Shown here one piece after another: positions 19,636-29,348 of a DNA stretch of 64,000 bases. The stretch comes from a virus. Taxonomy: Duplodnaviria; Heunggongvirae; Uroviricota; Caudoviricetes. The stretch lies in the IMG/VR virus record IMGVR_UViG_2706794671_000006. The stretch is one strand, 5' to 3'. A program made the translations under genes and the position numbers. How positions within the stretch are numbered: the first letter of the stretch is position 1; every line of letters starts with the position of its first letter. Below the pieces are notes generated by a model, which was given only the letters and a program-made list of their open reading frames with translations, did not search any database and was not told where the DNA came from.

Positions 19636-19902
19636 ATGACGTTAACCGATAAACAAAAGGACATCATCAAAACGCTCAATCTCGGTTATGAGCGAGGTCA
19701 TCTACTTGACCTGGACGAATTGCTTGAAGTTTTGCCGTACAAGACAACCAAGCAAAGTATCCAGTTCTCAATTCGCGCTCTGATAAAAAAGGGGCTGGTG
19801 GAGAAAGGGCATACGCGCCAACGCAGTGACAATCGCTATCACCGCCGAACTCTTGGGTTAACCACTTTAGGTCGAGCCAAAGCGAAGTTACTGGTGATGT
19901 AA
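19636..19902 (+). CDS. hypothetical small protein (possible winged-helix)
   Basis: 88 aa ORF; weak HTH-like segment. Confidence 0.4.
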   Translation: MTLTDKQKDIIKTLNLGYERGHLLDLDELLEVLPYKTTKQSIQFSIRALIKKGLVEKGHTRQRSDNRYHRRTLGLTTLGRAKAKLLVM

Positions 19903-19933
19903 TCGGTCTGGGAGCTTATTTAAAGACCTGCAT

Positions 19934-19981
19934 CTGTATATATAAATAATAAGTAACTTATTAAATATATACGGAAGCAGG
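19934..19981 (+). repeat. ~47 bp direct repeat, copy 1 (TGTATATATAAATAATAAGTAACTTATTAAATATATACGGAAGCAGG)
   Basis: Near-identical copy at ~50815-50862; contains palindrome AATAAGT-A-ACTTATT and TATAAATA. Confidence 0.75.
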
Positions 19982-20016
19982 CTTCGTAAGACATGCCAGA
20001 CCTAATTAAACACCCC

Positions 20017-20059
20017 AGAAAACAAGTTGGTTAGCAGATGCAGTAAACAAGTTGTTTTA
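20017..20059 (+). promoter_or_regulatory. two adjacent motif A copies (GAAAACAAGTTGGTT and TAAACAAGTTGTTTT) upstream of terminase operon
   Basis: Followed by hairpin AGAGCGC-ATGGAC-GCGCTCT and the AGAGGGA RBS of the 20098 gene. Confidence 0.45.
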
Positions 20060-20097
20060 GAGCGCATGGACGCGCTCTGTGTGTTTTAGAGGGATCT

Positions 20098-20730
20098 ATG
20101 ACGGTCGAAAAAGACGAGGTAAAAACTCGCCTGACACCAGCGGAGTGGGCCGAAGCTGAAGCCAAATGGACGTCAGGCGAATATACACTCTCAAAGCTGG
20201 AGGAAGAGTACGGCATTCGTCGTGAAACACTCTCCAGACATTTCAAAAAGCGAGGATTAGAGAAAGGCGCGGACTCTGTTGGGAAGATGGTTCGTGAGTC
20301 TCTTAAATCTGACGCAGAGCTTCGCGCTAAAGCCCGTGCGGAAAAGATAGAAGAACGTCGTACACGTTATGACGGCTGGGCGTATGCGTTGGGGCAGATG
20401 GTGATGGTCGAAGTCACTACGGCCAAACGTGAGGGTAAGCCTTTAGGGGCGATTGAGGATTCTCTCAAGAGCTTACAGAGAGCCAGTAATACCCTTGCAA
20501 AATGCTTTGAAGTTTCGTCCAAAGCATTGGGCATGGATCATGCGGAAAATGACGAGGAAGAAATTCCGAACCTGGTATTTGGTGAGCTTACGCCTTCCCA
20601 GGTGGCGAAATTACGTCAGGAAGACGACGAGCCTGAAATCATCGATGACGAATTGCTTGAGACGTTGGAAGAAGAAGCTCTAAGCGAATTTGATGCGACA
20701 GATGATGGAAGTGAAGGGGAGGACAAATAA
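20098..20730 (+). CDS. terminase small subunit (putative)
   Basis: 210 aa, N-terminal HTH-like segment, acidic C-terminus, immediately upstream of large terminase. Confidence 0.5.
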   Translation: MTVEKDEVKTRLTPAEWAEAEAKWTSGEYTLSKLEEEYGIRRETLSRHFKKRGLEKGADSVGKMVRESLKSDAELRAKARAEKIEERRTRYDGWAYALGQMVMVEVTTAKREGKPLGAIEDSLKSLQRASNTLAKCFEVSSKALGMDHAENDEEEIPNLVFGELTPSQVAKLRQEDDEPEIIDDELLETLEEEALSEFDATDDGSEGEDK

Positions 20731-21986
20731 TGGCAATCCCGTCCTCGCTCAGTCTTGTGCAACTGCATTCTGGACAGATGAAAGTCTTCCAGTCTCCGCA
20801 TCGATTTAAAGTTGTTTGTGCTGGTCGACGCTGGGGAAAATCCCGGTTGTCGATCTCCACTATTATTCGTGCGGCGGCAAAGGAAAAAAAGCAAAGGGTC
20901 TGGTATGTCGCTCCTACTTACCAGATGGCTCGCCAGATTTTGTGGGACGATCTACAGGAAGTTCTGCCTCGTAAGTGGGTTAGGAAAAAGAACGACACCA
21001 CGATGACAATCGTGTTGAAGAACGGTTCGGAGATCGCCCTCAAAGGTGCTGATAAGCCTGACACTCTGCGCGGCGTAGCGTTGCATTTTGTAGTGCTTGA
21101 TGAATTTCAGGATATGAAGGCTGACACCTGGTACAAGGTGTTACGACCTACTCTTTCATCGACACGCGGCGGTGCACTGATCATTGGTACGCCAAAAGGC
21201 TTCTCGGAATTTCACAAACTGTGGACTATAGGCCAGAACGTAGAGCTGCAAAGAAAGGGACAGTGGAAGAGCTGGCAGTTTGTAACTGCCGATTCTCCGT
21301 TTGTACCTACGGCGGAAATTGAAGCTGCTAAGAACGATATGGACCCCAAATCGTTCGCTCAGGAGTACCTGGCCAGCTTTGAGAACATGTCCGGGCGCGT
21401 TTACTACCCGTTCGATCGTAACGTGCATGTAAAACCGCTTCAGTTCAACCCTCGGTTGCCTATATGGGTAGGGCAGGACTTCAACATTGACCCGATGTCT
21501 TCAGTAATTTTGCAACCTCAGCCAAATGGTGAGCTATGGGCAATTGATGAATTGGTGCTCTTTTCCTCTAACACGGCAGAAGTTTGTGATGAGCTTGAGA
21601 GACGCTTCTGGCGCTGGAAATCACAGGTAACGGTATTTCCAGATCCGGCAGGTGCTTATCGCCAACATGCTCGTGGGGAGTCTGACGTAGACATATTCAA
21701 AGAGAAGGGATTCTTACGTGTCGATTATTCGAAAAAGCACCCGCCAATTGCGGATCGTGTTAATGCTGTTAACCGAATGCTGATGTCCGCATCTGGAGAT
21801 ATCCGGCTGTATATCGATCCGAAGTGCAAGCATTTGATTGATTCACTGGAAAAAGTCATCTACAAGCCTGGAACACGAGATATGGATAAGACAGGTGGCA
21901 TTGAGCATAGTGCAGACGCATTGGGCTATCCAGTACATCGTAGGTATCCAGTCAAAAACCGTGTTATTCTTGGTGGTTCTCGATAG
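20730..21986 (+). CDS. terminase large subunit
   Basis: Walker A-like CAGRRWGKS, Walker B VVLDEFQD, C-terminal nuclease-like region. Confidence 0.85.
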   Translation: MAIPSSLSLVQLHSGQMKVFQSPHRFKVVCAGRRWGKSRLSISTIIRAAAKEKKQRVWYVAPTYQMARQILWDDLQEVLPRKWVRKKNDTTMTIVLKNGSEIALKGADKPDTLRGVALHFVVLDEFQDMKADTWYKVLRPTLSSTRGGALIIGTPKGFSEFHKLWTIGQNVELQRKGQWKSWQFVTADSPFVPTAEIEAAKNDMDPKSFAQEYLASFENMSGRVYYPFDRNVHVKPLQFNPRLPIWVGQDFNIDPMSSVILQPQPNGELWAIDELVLFSSNTAEVCDELERRFWRWKSQVTVFPDPAGAYRQHARGESDVDIFKEKGFLRVDYSKKHPPIADRVNAVNRMLMSASGDIRLYIDPKCKHLIDSLEKVIYKPGTRDMDKTGGIEHSADALGYPVHRRYPVKNRVILGGSR

Positions 21987-22004
21987 GTAAGTAATTATCT
22001 AAGG
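21982..22004 (+). promoter_or_regulatory. motif B (GATAGGTAAGTAATTATCTAAGG) between terminase and portal genes
   Basis: Overlaps the terminase stop codon; 9 nt before the portal ATG. Confidence 0.4.
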
Positions 22005-22012
22005 TTATTCAA

Positions 22013-23587
22013 ATGGATTTGAACGACAAACAAATTAAGGATCTGGTGGCGCGACGCCACCCGGAATACGAAAAGAAAAAAGAACATTGGGACTTCCTCG
22101 CCAGCACTTACGCTGGCGGGCGTGGTTGGTTTACAGACAATATCTTTCGTTACTTTAAAGAGGGAGATCAGGAGTTTAAGGAGCGTGTTGAGCGTGCCTA
22201 TCGCTTCAACCACACTCGTGAGGTGGTAAACCTCATCAACAAATATCTCTTTAAAGAAGACATTCATAGAAATATCGAAGAGGCACCAGAGCAGATCCGC
22301 AATTTCTGGAAACGTGCGACTCGCCAGAATGCCTCTATTGACTCATTTATGGCCGCCATTGATTTGCAGTCGTCTATTTACGGTCGCATATGGGTTGTTG
22401 TCGATAGCACGATGAGTGGTGATGTTGAGTCAGTAGCTGACGAGAAAAAGAAAGATGCTCGCGCCTACGCCTACTGGATTTCACCTCAGCAAATGCTGGA
22501 TGTGGCATGGGACGACGACGGGAATATGTTGTGGGCGTTAATTGTGGAAGTCGCTCGTGATGACGCAGATCCTTTTACTTCTACAGGTCAGGAATACCAA
22601 CGTTATCGTCTGTGGACACAAAACGAGTGGTATCTGTTCCGTGAGGAAGTGAAGAAGGGCGCTGGTGGAGCAGGTCGCCGTCAGGCAAAAGTTATTTTAG
22701 AGGATAGCGGTGAGCATAATCTCGGCGTAGTTCCTGTGTTTCCTGTTGATTGTATTGGAGAAAGTGAATCACCGTATTTCAGCCCATCGTTGATCGATGA
22801 TATCGCTTATCTTGATCGTGCGGTTGCAAACTATCTGTCAAACCTTGATGCCATTATTCAGGATCAGACATTTAGCCAGTTGGCTATACCGGTACAGTCG
22901 CTTTTACCTGGTGATGAAAACCACACTAAAGTGCTTGAAATGGGCACAAAGCGAGTCTTCACCTACGATTCTGAAGGTGGAAACCAGCCGTTTTATCTGT
23001 CACCAGACCCGAAACAAGCTCAGATGATCATCACTACGATTAAGACGGTGATTAACGAAATCTACCATTCAGTTGGTGTAGCTGGTGAGCGAACGAAGCA
23101 GGACAACGCACAGGGAATCGATAATTCATCTGGTGCCGCAAAAATGTATGACTTCCAGCGTGTAAATAGCTTGCTTGTCACAAAAGCAGAGCGTCTGGAA
23201 AGGGCTGAACGCCAAATCATGCTACTGGTTGCGAAATGGATGGGGGTAGATCTGGACGAAGACCACTCTTTAATTGCGTATCCAGAAAGTTTCGATATTC
23301 GTGGCCTTACTGATGAATTTTCTGTTGCCGAGAAACTGTCATTACTTCAGGCACCGGACTCTGTACGTCGTCACCAGATGGAAATGCTTATTGAGAAGAT
23401 TTTCCCGAACATTACTGAGGCGATGAAAAAGGAATTTGATAAAGATCTCTTGAATTTTCCTCCAAAAAATGATCTAAATACCCTTGAAAATAAGTCAGTA
23501 CTTACTTATGATCGTGGTGCAGCCCAAGAAAGCGGGCAAGATCAACCCCGAGGGAATGGGGACTCATCTACTCAAGAGAACGAGTGA
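22013..23587 (+). CDS. portal protein (putative)
   Basis: 524 aa, directly after large terminase. Confidence 0.6.
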   Translation: MDLNDKQIKDLVARRHPEYEKKKEHWDFLASTYAGGRGWFTDNIFRYFKEGDQEFKERVERAYRFNHTREVVNLINKYLFKEDIHRNIEEAPEQIRNFWKRATRQNASIDSFMAAIDLQSSIYGRIWVVVDSTMSGDVESVADEKKKDARAYAYWISPQQMLDVAWDDDGNMLWALIVEVARDDADPFTSTGQEYQRYRLWTQNEWYLFREEVKKGAGGAGRRQAKVILEDSGEHNLGVVPVFPVDCIGESESPYFSPSLIDDIAYLDRAVANYLSNLDAIIQDQTFSQLAIPVQSLLPGDENHTKVLEMGTKRVFTYDSEGGNQPFYLSPDPKQAQMIITTIKTVINEIYHSVGVAGERTKQDNAQGIDNSSGAAKMYDFQRVNSLLVTKAERLERAERQIMLLVAKWMGVDLDEDHSLIAYPESFDIRGLTDEFSVAEKLSLLQAPDSVRRHQMEMLIEKIFPNITEAMKKEFDKDLLNFPPKNDLNTLENKSVLTYDRGAAQESGQDQPRGNGDSSTQENE

Positions 23588-23608
23588 TAAGTAACAAAAG
23601 GAATTTTT

Positions 23609-24496
23609 ATGAATCTGTGGCAAATGCTTTTGGCCCGTCGTGGTCTGATGGATGTCGCTGAAGCGCATGAGCGTGGAGGCGCTGGCGGTGTAGCTGCTGA
23701 TAATGAGCAGAGCACACAAGATCCTGACAAACAGGGTGAACAAAAAGAGCAGCCGAAGGGCGATGACGAATACGCTGGCATGACTCAGGAAGAGTTACTG
23801 GCCGAACTTCGTAAAACCAAGAAAGCTGGTGCTGAACTGCTGAAGGAGAACATGAAGCGCAAAGAGAAAGAGCGCACATTGGCCGATCAGCTTGCTCAGT
23901 ACGGTGATATCGACCCGGCGCGTGCTCGCCAGCTTTTAGAAGCTGAACAGGCCGCAGAAAATGCACGTCGTGAGGCGGAGCAAGCTGAACTGGAGCGTCG
24001 TGGTGAGTTCGATGCTGTTAAAAAACAGATGATCGAAGCACACCAGGCAGAGCTGGCACAGCGTGACGAACGTTATACAGCACTGGAAAGTGAAAACGCA
24101 TCACTGAAATCTCAATTAGTCGAGATGACCGTGGGCGCTTCCTTCAGTAACTCTCTCTTCCTACGTGACAAAGTTCTGATGACCCCGGCAAAAGCCCGCG
24201 TGATCTACGGTTCTCATTTTGAAGTGGGTGAAGACGGTAGCGTAGTGGGTTATGACAAACCGGCAGGTCATAAAGAACGAGCTGTTCTGGTTGACGGTGA
24301 AGGTAAGCCGTTGCCGTTTGAATCCGCGATTGAACGCATTGTGCGGGCAGATCCGGAAGCTGACGCATTGATGCGTAGCGAAGCCAAGCAGGGTGTAGGC
24401 TCACATTCCAAATCGACCTACACAATATCCCAACCGAAGAACAAGTCGACTATGGATAAGTTGACCTCTGGTCTTGGGAAAATTGGACTTAAGTAA
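23609..24496 (+). CDS. scaffolding protein (putative)
   Basis: Glu/Ala/Lys-rich coiled-coil protein between portal and capsid genes. Confidence 0.5.
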   Translation: MNLWQMLLARRGLMDVAEAHERGGAGGVAADNEQSTQDPDKQGEQKEQPKGDDEYAGMTQEELLAELRKTKKAGAELLKENMKRKEKERTLADQLAQYGDIDPARARQLLEAEQAAENARREAEQAELERRGEFDAVKKQMIEAHQAELAQRDERYTALESENASLKSQLVEMTVGASFSNSLFLRDKVLMTPAKARVIYGSHFEVGEDGSVVGYDKPAGHKERAVLVDGEGKPLPFESAIERIVRADPEADALMRSEAKQGVGSHSKSTYTISQPKNKSTMDKLTSGLGKIGLK

Positions 24497-24521
24497 CATC
24501 TAAATCAAAGGGAATTGATAG

Positions 24522-25442
24522 ATGCCATTACTGCGTGAAGAAGCTGAAAAGCTATCCAATAATGAACTTGAACAGGGTGTGATCGAAACTATCATCGATC
24601 GCGATGACCTGTTTGCGATTCTGCCTTTTATGAAGATTAACTCGAAGGCATATCTTTATAATCGCGAAGCAACGCTTAGTGAAGCGACCTTTATTGATGT
24701 AAACGATACTATTGCGGAAGGCGCAGCAACATTCAGCGAACATGTTGCAAAACTGCGTATTCTGGCTGGTGACGTTGACGTTGATAAATTCTTGGCAACA
24801 ACTATGTCCGATACTAACAATCAGTTGGCTGTTCAGGTTCGCCAGAAAGTGAAAGGTCTGGCTCGTGCATTCCGTCGAAATCTGATCTTGGGTAATTCTG
24901 AAACTAATACCAAAGCGTTTGATGGTATTCCGCGTCTGATGCACAAAGATCAGAAGATCGACATTGCTGGTGCATCTATGACTTTCTCTATGTTCGACGA
25001 GCTGGTCGATGCGGTGAAAGATTTGGGCGCTGACTGCATCATGATGCGTTCAGAGCACCTGCGTGCTTACCGTGCGCTGCTGCGTACAGTAAACGTAGGC
25101 CCGTCTGAAATCATGATGGAGAACTTCGGTCGTCCTATGCTGTGCCATAATGGTATTCCATTTATTGTTAACGACTTCATTCCTAAAAATGGGGTTAAAG
25201 TTACTGAAGGTTCAGAGCAGAAAACGGAAGGCCAGGAAGGTACTGCTAACATTTATTGTCTGCATTTGTCAGAAGAAAATGGTCTTACCGGTCTGTATGG
25301 CGGTGACAATGCTGGTATCGTTGTGGAGAACATTGGCACGGTACAGAATAAAGATGCAGTACGTACTCGTGTGAAATGGTACTGCTCTCTGGCGAATAAG
25401 CACGATAAGGCTATCGCTGCACTGAACAATGTAAAAATTTAA
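24522..25442 (+). CDS. major capsid protein (putative)
   Basis: 306 aa after scaffold gene, followed by strong terminator. Confidence 0.55.
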   Translation: MPLLREEAEKLSNNELEQGVIETIIDRDDLFAILPFMKINSKAYLYNREATLSEATFIDVNDTIAEGAATFSEHVAKLRILAGDVDVDKFLATTMSDTNNQLAVQVRQKVKGLARAFRRNLILGNSETNTKAFDGIPRLMHKDQKIDIAGASMTFSMFDELVDAVKDLGADCIMMRSEHLRAYRALLRTVNVGPSEIMMENFGRPMLCHNGIPFIVNDFIPKNGVKVTEGSEQKTEGQEGTANIYCLHLSEENGLTGLYGGDNAGIVVENIGTVQNKDAVRTRVKWYCSLANKHDKAIAALNNVKI

Positions 25443-25450
25443 CTAAAACA

Positions 25451-25470
25451 ATAGGTATGTAATTACCTAT
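25451..25470 (+). promoter_or_regulatory. motif B palindrome ATAGGTA-TGTAAT-TACCTAT
   Basis: Perfect 7-bp arms directly after capsid stop. Confidence 0.45.
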
Positions 25471-25476
25471 GCTTAA

Positions 25477-25502
25477 GGGTGGGCTATACGCCCACCCTTT
25501 TT
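25477..25502 (+). terminator. rho-independent terminator after capsid gene
   Basis: GGGTGGGC-TATAC-GCCCACCC followed by TTTTT. Confidence 0.75.
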
Positions 25503-25539
25503 GTAGGTTTTAAATATGCCTGTATAGCGAGAAAGCGTA

Positions 25540-25974
25540 ATGAAACCAGCAAAAATTCGTTTATTGGAACCGCAATTTTCTGATTATTCGGGAATGTTGT
25601 GTGGAGTTAAGTTTGAGAATGGGGTATCCGTTTCCGAGTTACCTTTTATCGACCAGCAGAGGATTTGTGCATCAATGCGCGCATCAACTGTTGAGGGTAA
25701 AAACGTTTCTCCATCTGCTGCATATGGCGAACGTAATGATCTGAACGTAGATCAGATTGTTGAGCCATCAGCACCTGACATTGTTCCAATGAAGCGCGGA
25801 ACGGCAGATGAACCAGCTAAACCAATTCAAACTTTCACACGGGAAGAACTGGAGTCAATTGCTGATAGTGAGGGTATTGCCGGTTTACGTTCAATTGGGA
25901 ATAAGATTGGTGTTAAGGCGAAAGGAATTGTCGAAATGATTGACGGCATCCTGAAAGCACAAGGCGGTGAGTAA
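25540..25974 (+). CDS. hypothetical head-associated protein
   Basis: 144 aa; position between capsid and connector genes. Confidence 0.45.
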   Translation: MKPAKIRLLEPQFSDYSGMLCGVKFENGVSVSELPFIDQQRICASMRASTVEGKNVSPSAAYGERNDLNVDQIVEPSAPDIVPMKRGTADEPAKPIQTFTREELESIADSEGIAGLRSIGNKIGVKAKGIVEMIDGILKAQGGE

Positions 25975-26807
25975 TGGCGCAGATCGACTCGTATCGTAGC
26001 GGTGAAGCTGTTTCTCTTTCATTTGCCTTCAACGTGCTGGATATCGAATCTGCCACCTACACAGTAAAGGACAGCACCGGGGCTATTCTCGTTGATGGCG
26101 AGCCGCTAGAAATTACCAGCGGTCAAATGTCGATTCCGGTTGTCGTGTCGGCTGAATATAACCAGCTCTCTGAGAAAGAGCGAGATCTGCGGTACGTCAT
26201 TGTGAAGGCTGTTGCATCGGGCCTGACGCATGAAGAGCGTCAAATGTATGTTCTGCTGAATACTTTTGAACTGTCGATACCAGAACAGTCGTTTGCAACT
26301 GTCGCTGATGCTCAAATGCAGGCGATCGATATGCTGAATGGGGACACTTTGCTGTCGGATGGTGAAGGCTTAATGCGCAAGCGTCTCATTGAGGCTACAA
26401 GACGTATTAAAACTTTACCGTTCTCAATCCGCAAAATTCTACGTATCGACTTTGACCGATACGATCGCCCTCAAAATATGCTGAATGTGTATGACATTCC
26501 GTGGGGAGCAGATGGAGCGTACCGGCATGATTTAGTCGATTGGGAAAAGATTACTCAGGAGAAGTTTGAAGAGTTCCCTGACTACTTCAAAGAAGCGTTA
26601 ATGCTAGCCGTTGTTAATGAAGCGTGTGAGATAGCAAATGGCAATGATATCGTCGCAGCACGAGAGGATGGCATTTTGTCAGAATCTATCGGTGAAACTA
26701 CCAACATGTATCGTACCGGTAAATCAGCAAACGTGCATGTTGCTCGCAGCACCTGGCGTTTACTGATCCGTTATATAGACAATCGTATGATTGTCCGACG
26801 TTCGTAA
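25974..26807 (+). CDS. hypothetical protein (head-tail connector region)
   Basis: 277 aa; synteny only. Confidence 0.45.
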   Translation: MAQIDSYRSGEAVSLSFAFNVLDIESATYTVKDSTGAILVDGEPLEITSGQMSIPVVVSAEYNQLSEKERDLRYVIVKAVASGLTHEERQMYVLLNTFELSIPEQSFATVADAQMQAIDMLNGDTLLSDGEGLMRKRLIEATRRIKTLPFSIRKILRIDFDRYDRPQNMLNVYDIPWGADGAYRHDLVDWEKITQEKFEEFPDYFKEALMLAVVNEACEIANGNDIVAAREDGILSESIGETTNMYRTGKSANVHVARSTWRLLIRYIDNRMIVRRS

Positions 26808-26878
26808 TGTCTTTCTCATTATTTGGTTTTGGAAGCAATAGTTTTGGCTGGCAATGAGATCGACAACAGGGAGAGAGC

Positions 26879-27223
26879 GTGAATATTTCATGGCAAACAG
26901 AAATTGCGATCTACCGCTTTGGCACAAAGAACGTCTACGGTGAAGCGCAATTGCAGTTCGTCAGGAAGACGAATGTAGGTGTAGTTAAATTCGAACAGAG
27001 TAATGAGAAATCGTCAGTTCGTGCTGATAGCTCTGGTAGTCGTGGCAAGGCGAGTCTGGAGCTGTTTGATGCTGTGTTAGTTGTTCCTTTGGAATCGGCT
27101 GTAGAACTTGATGATGTACTGATCCTTGAAGGTCAAAAATTAAAGGTGTCCAGTGTTCATCGCCGCTGGGGGCTACGAGGAAGACCTGGGCATCTTGAAG
27201 TAGGGGCGAATATATGGGTCTGA
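26879..27223 (+). CDS. hypothetical head-tail joining protein
   Basis: GTG start with GGGAGAGAG RBS; synteny only. Confidence 0.4.
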   Translation: MNISWQTEIAIYRFGTKNVYGEAQLQFVRKTNVGVVKFEQSNEKSSVRADSSGSRGKASLELFDAVLVVPLESAVELDDVLILEGQKLKVSSVHRRWGLRGRPGHLEVGANIWV

Positions 27224-27687
27224 AATACGATGCGCATCAGTTCAAACGTGCGGGGAATAGACTCAACAACAGCCAGAAAGCATTTAAGCGATATCTTATT
27301 CGGGACATGGAAAAGCTGGCGCGTTTGGTTGAGCGCCTCAGCCGTGCAATGGCCCCGCTGGAAACCGGATCTCTGGAGACAGCCATCTTTGCTAGGGTGA
27401 TTAAAGAAGGTTATTCAGGGCTGCGCATTGAGCTTTCTGTGTCTGGGGCAAAGCCACGTCAGGGGCATCCTGGCGTAGAAGTAGGTGACTATGCTAAGTA
27501 CATGGAGCTGGGCAAATACCGTCTCGGTTATCTTTCTCGAATGAAGAACGTGACAAACCCACCAATTGAAGGTGTAAAACCTCGTGTTGGTCCACACTTT
27601 CTGGAAAGAGCGGTGGAAATTAGCGAGAAGCAGTTCTCCGAAGCGATTCTTGAGGCTGCCAAAAAAGCCGGGTTTACGAGAGGTTAA
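27214..27687 (+). CDS. hypothetical neck/tail-completion protein
   Basis: Overlaps upstream gene by 10 nt; synteny only. Confidence 0.4.
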   Translation: MGLKYDAHQFKRAGNRLNNSQKAFKRYLIRDMEKLARLVERLSRAMAPLETGSLETAIFARVIKEGYSGLRIELSVSGAKPRQGHPGVEVGDYAKYMELGKYRLGYLSRMKNVTNPPIEGVKPRVGPHFLERAVEISEKQFSEAILEAAKKAGFTRG

Positions 27688-27688
27688 T

Positions 27689-28072
27689 GTGTTTATTGAA
27701 GCATTTGCAAATTTGATGCAGAAGGCAAAGATTGGCACGGTAGGGACAGACATTTTCTGTCATTACTTACCTGCCTATGTCAAATCCGGTGTCCTGCTTA
27801 TTAACCCAAATACCGGTATCAGTATCGATCATGAGTTACAGGGCTTTTATCATGAGTCGTTCACAATCATTGTGCGTGGCTCGTCAATTACAACGACTAT
27901 TGAGAAAGCGCGTAAGATCATTGATATGTTTCCCGTAGAGGAAACGGAATCTGGAGAGGTCTATTTTCGACTTGTACGGCCTATGGCTATGCCTGTCGTT
28001 TATCCGAAAAATGATGGATCGTTAATAGAAGCCGGTATTCCAGTTGAATTTGCTGGCTATTTATTGAATTAA
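27689..28072 (+). CDS. hypothetical tail-proximal protein
   Basis: Start set at GTG 27689 after GAGAGG RBS (track ORF begins earlier at 27584, overlapping upstream gene). Confidence 0.4.
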   Translation: MFIEAFANLMQKAKIGTVGTDIFCHYLPAYVKSGVLLINPNTGISIDHELQGFYHESFTIIVRGSSITTTIEKARKIIDMFPVEETESGEVYFRLVRPMAMPVVYPKNDGSLIEAGIPVEFAGYLLN

Positions 28073-28075
28073 ATA

Positions 28076-28100
28076 AATAGGTAAGTATATACTTAAATAT
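28076..28100 (+). promoter_or_regulatory. motif B (AATAGGTAAGTATATACTTAAATAT; palindrome TAAGTAT-ATACTTA)
   Basis: Intergenic, ~45 nt before the major tail protein ATG. Confidence 0.45.
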
Positions 28101-28145
28101 AGCGCAATGAATGCGTGAAATTAACGGAAAAAGGAGTTTCCATCA

Positions 28146-28883
28146 ATGTCTAATACCCATGTAAAAAACATCAAGCTTGGTGCCTGCAAGGTATCATTTG
28201 GTGGTGTGGATCTGGGTTACACCAAAGGTGGTGTTCAGGTTGAAGTAGCCACTGAAACGCTTAAAGTTACAGTCGATCAACAAGGTCAGACAGTAATCTC
28301 TGAATTGGTTCAGGGGCGTAACATTACCATTACCGCACCTCTGGCCGAGTCTGTGCTCAAAAACATGGTCGATCTTATGCCTGGTTCTACTTTGAGCGAA
28401 GATGACAACTCCGTCACCATCACATCTGCACAGGGCGTAAATCTGATCAACGTGGCGAAGGAACTCGTCCTGACACCGCAGGACACCACCGACTATGTGT
28501 TGACGCTCCCGAAAGCGGCAACCGCTGGCAACTTCACTATGTCCTACCAGTCTGATGATGTACGTGTGTTCTCTGTTCAGTTCAACGCGTACCCTGATGA
28601 TGAGGGGGTTCTTGGCAAAATGAGTGGCCCAAAACCGGTGAAAAACGTGACGATTACACCTGAATCTCCGAGTGTAAAGGTCGGGGCGACAGTTCAACTG
28701 ACTGCTAATTTCACCCCAGATGATGTAGTTGATAAAACAGGCGTATGGTCATCTGATAATAAAAAAGCCACTGTTGATCACACTGGTCTTGTGCGTGGTG
28801 TGGAACAAGGTTCTGCAAACATATCATTCACCAGCAATAGCGGTAGCAAGAAAGTAACCAAATTAGTGACGGTTAATCAATAA
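28146..28883 (+). CDS. major tail protein with C-terminal Ig-like (Big_2-type) domain
   Basis: C-terminal VTITPESPSVKVGATVQLTANFTPDDVVDKTGVWSSDNKKATVD...ANISFTS resembles Big_2; lies upstream of chaperone and tape measure genes. Confidence 0.75.
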   Translation: MSNTHVKNIKLGACKVSFGGVDLGYTKGGVQVEVATETLKVTVDQQGQTVISELVQGRNITITAPLAESVLKNMVDLMPGSTLSEDDNSVTITSAQGVNLINVAKELVLTPQDTTDYVLTLPKAATAGNFTMSYQSDDVRVFSVQFNAYPDDEGVLGKMSGPKPVKNVTITPESPSVKVGATVQLTANFTPDDVVDKTGVWSSDNKKATVDHTGLVRGVEQGSANISFTSNSGSKKVTKLVTVNQ

Positions 28884-28950
28884 TCAAGCAACTTATTAAT
28901 CTATAAATTGAGGCTCATGATGGGCCTCTCTTTTAAAAGGATTTTAACAA

Positions 28951-29268
28951 ATGACAAAATTACTCGATCTCGACTCCATCCTACCTCCTAAAAAAAGTGT
29001 CAAATTTGGCGGCCAGGAATATCCCATCGTTGAAATGACGGTAGGTCTGTTCGTTTCCATTAAGCAGATGGAAGGTAAAGATCTGACCAATATGTCTCCT
29101 GTTGAGCAAGTGACAGCTTATGCAGATCTGGTTCGCAAGGTTATCCCTTCAGTGCCCGACGAAGTTCTTGAAAAACTGACTGTTCCGCAACTTCAGCAGA
29201 TCTTCACCTTCGCTATGGAAGTGATTGATGAAGAAAACGAAAAAGCGGCTGGCGAAGGGGCAAAGTAA
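28951..29268 (+). CDS. tail assembly chaperone (lambda G-like)
   Basis: 105 aa acidic protein directly upstream of tape measure gene. Confidence 0.5.
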   Translation: MTKLLDLDSILPPKKSVKFGGQEYPIVEMTVGLFVSIKQMEGKDLTNMSPVEQVTAYADLVRKVIPSVPDEVLEKLTVPQLQQIFTFAMEVIDEENEKAAGEGAK

Positions 29269-29348
29269 TTTCCCGCGATGAATCCGGGACAAGGACCGTC
29301 TCAATAGATCTCGGATTCTATTTCAGTCGTATAGTTGCTCACTACGCC

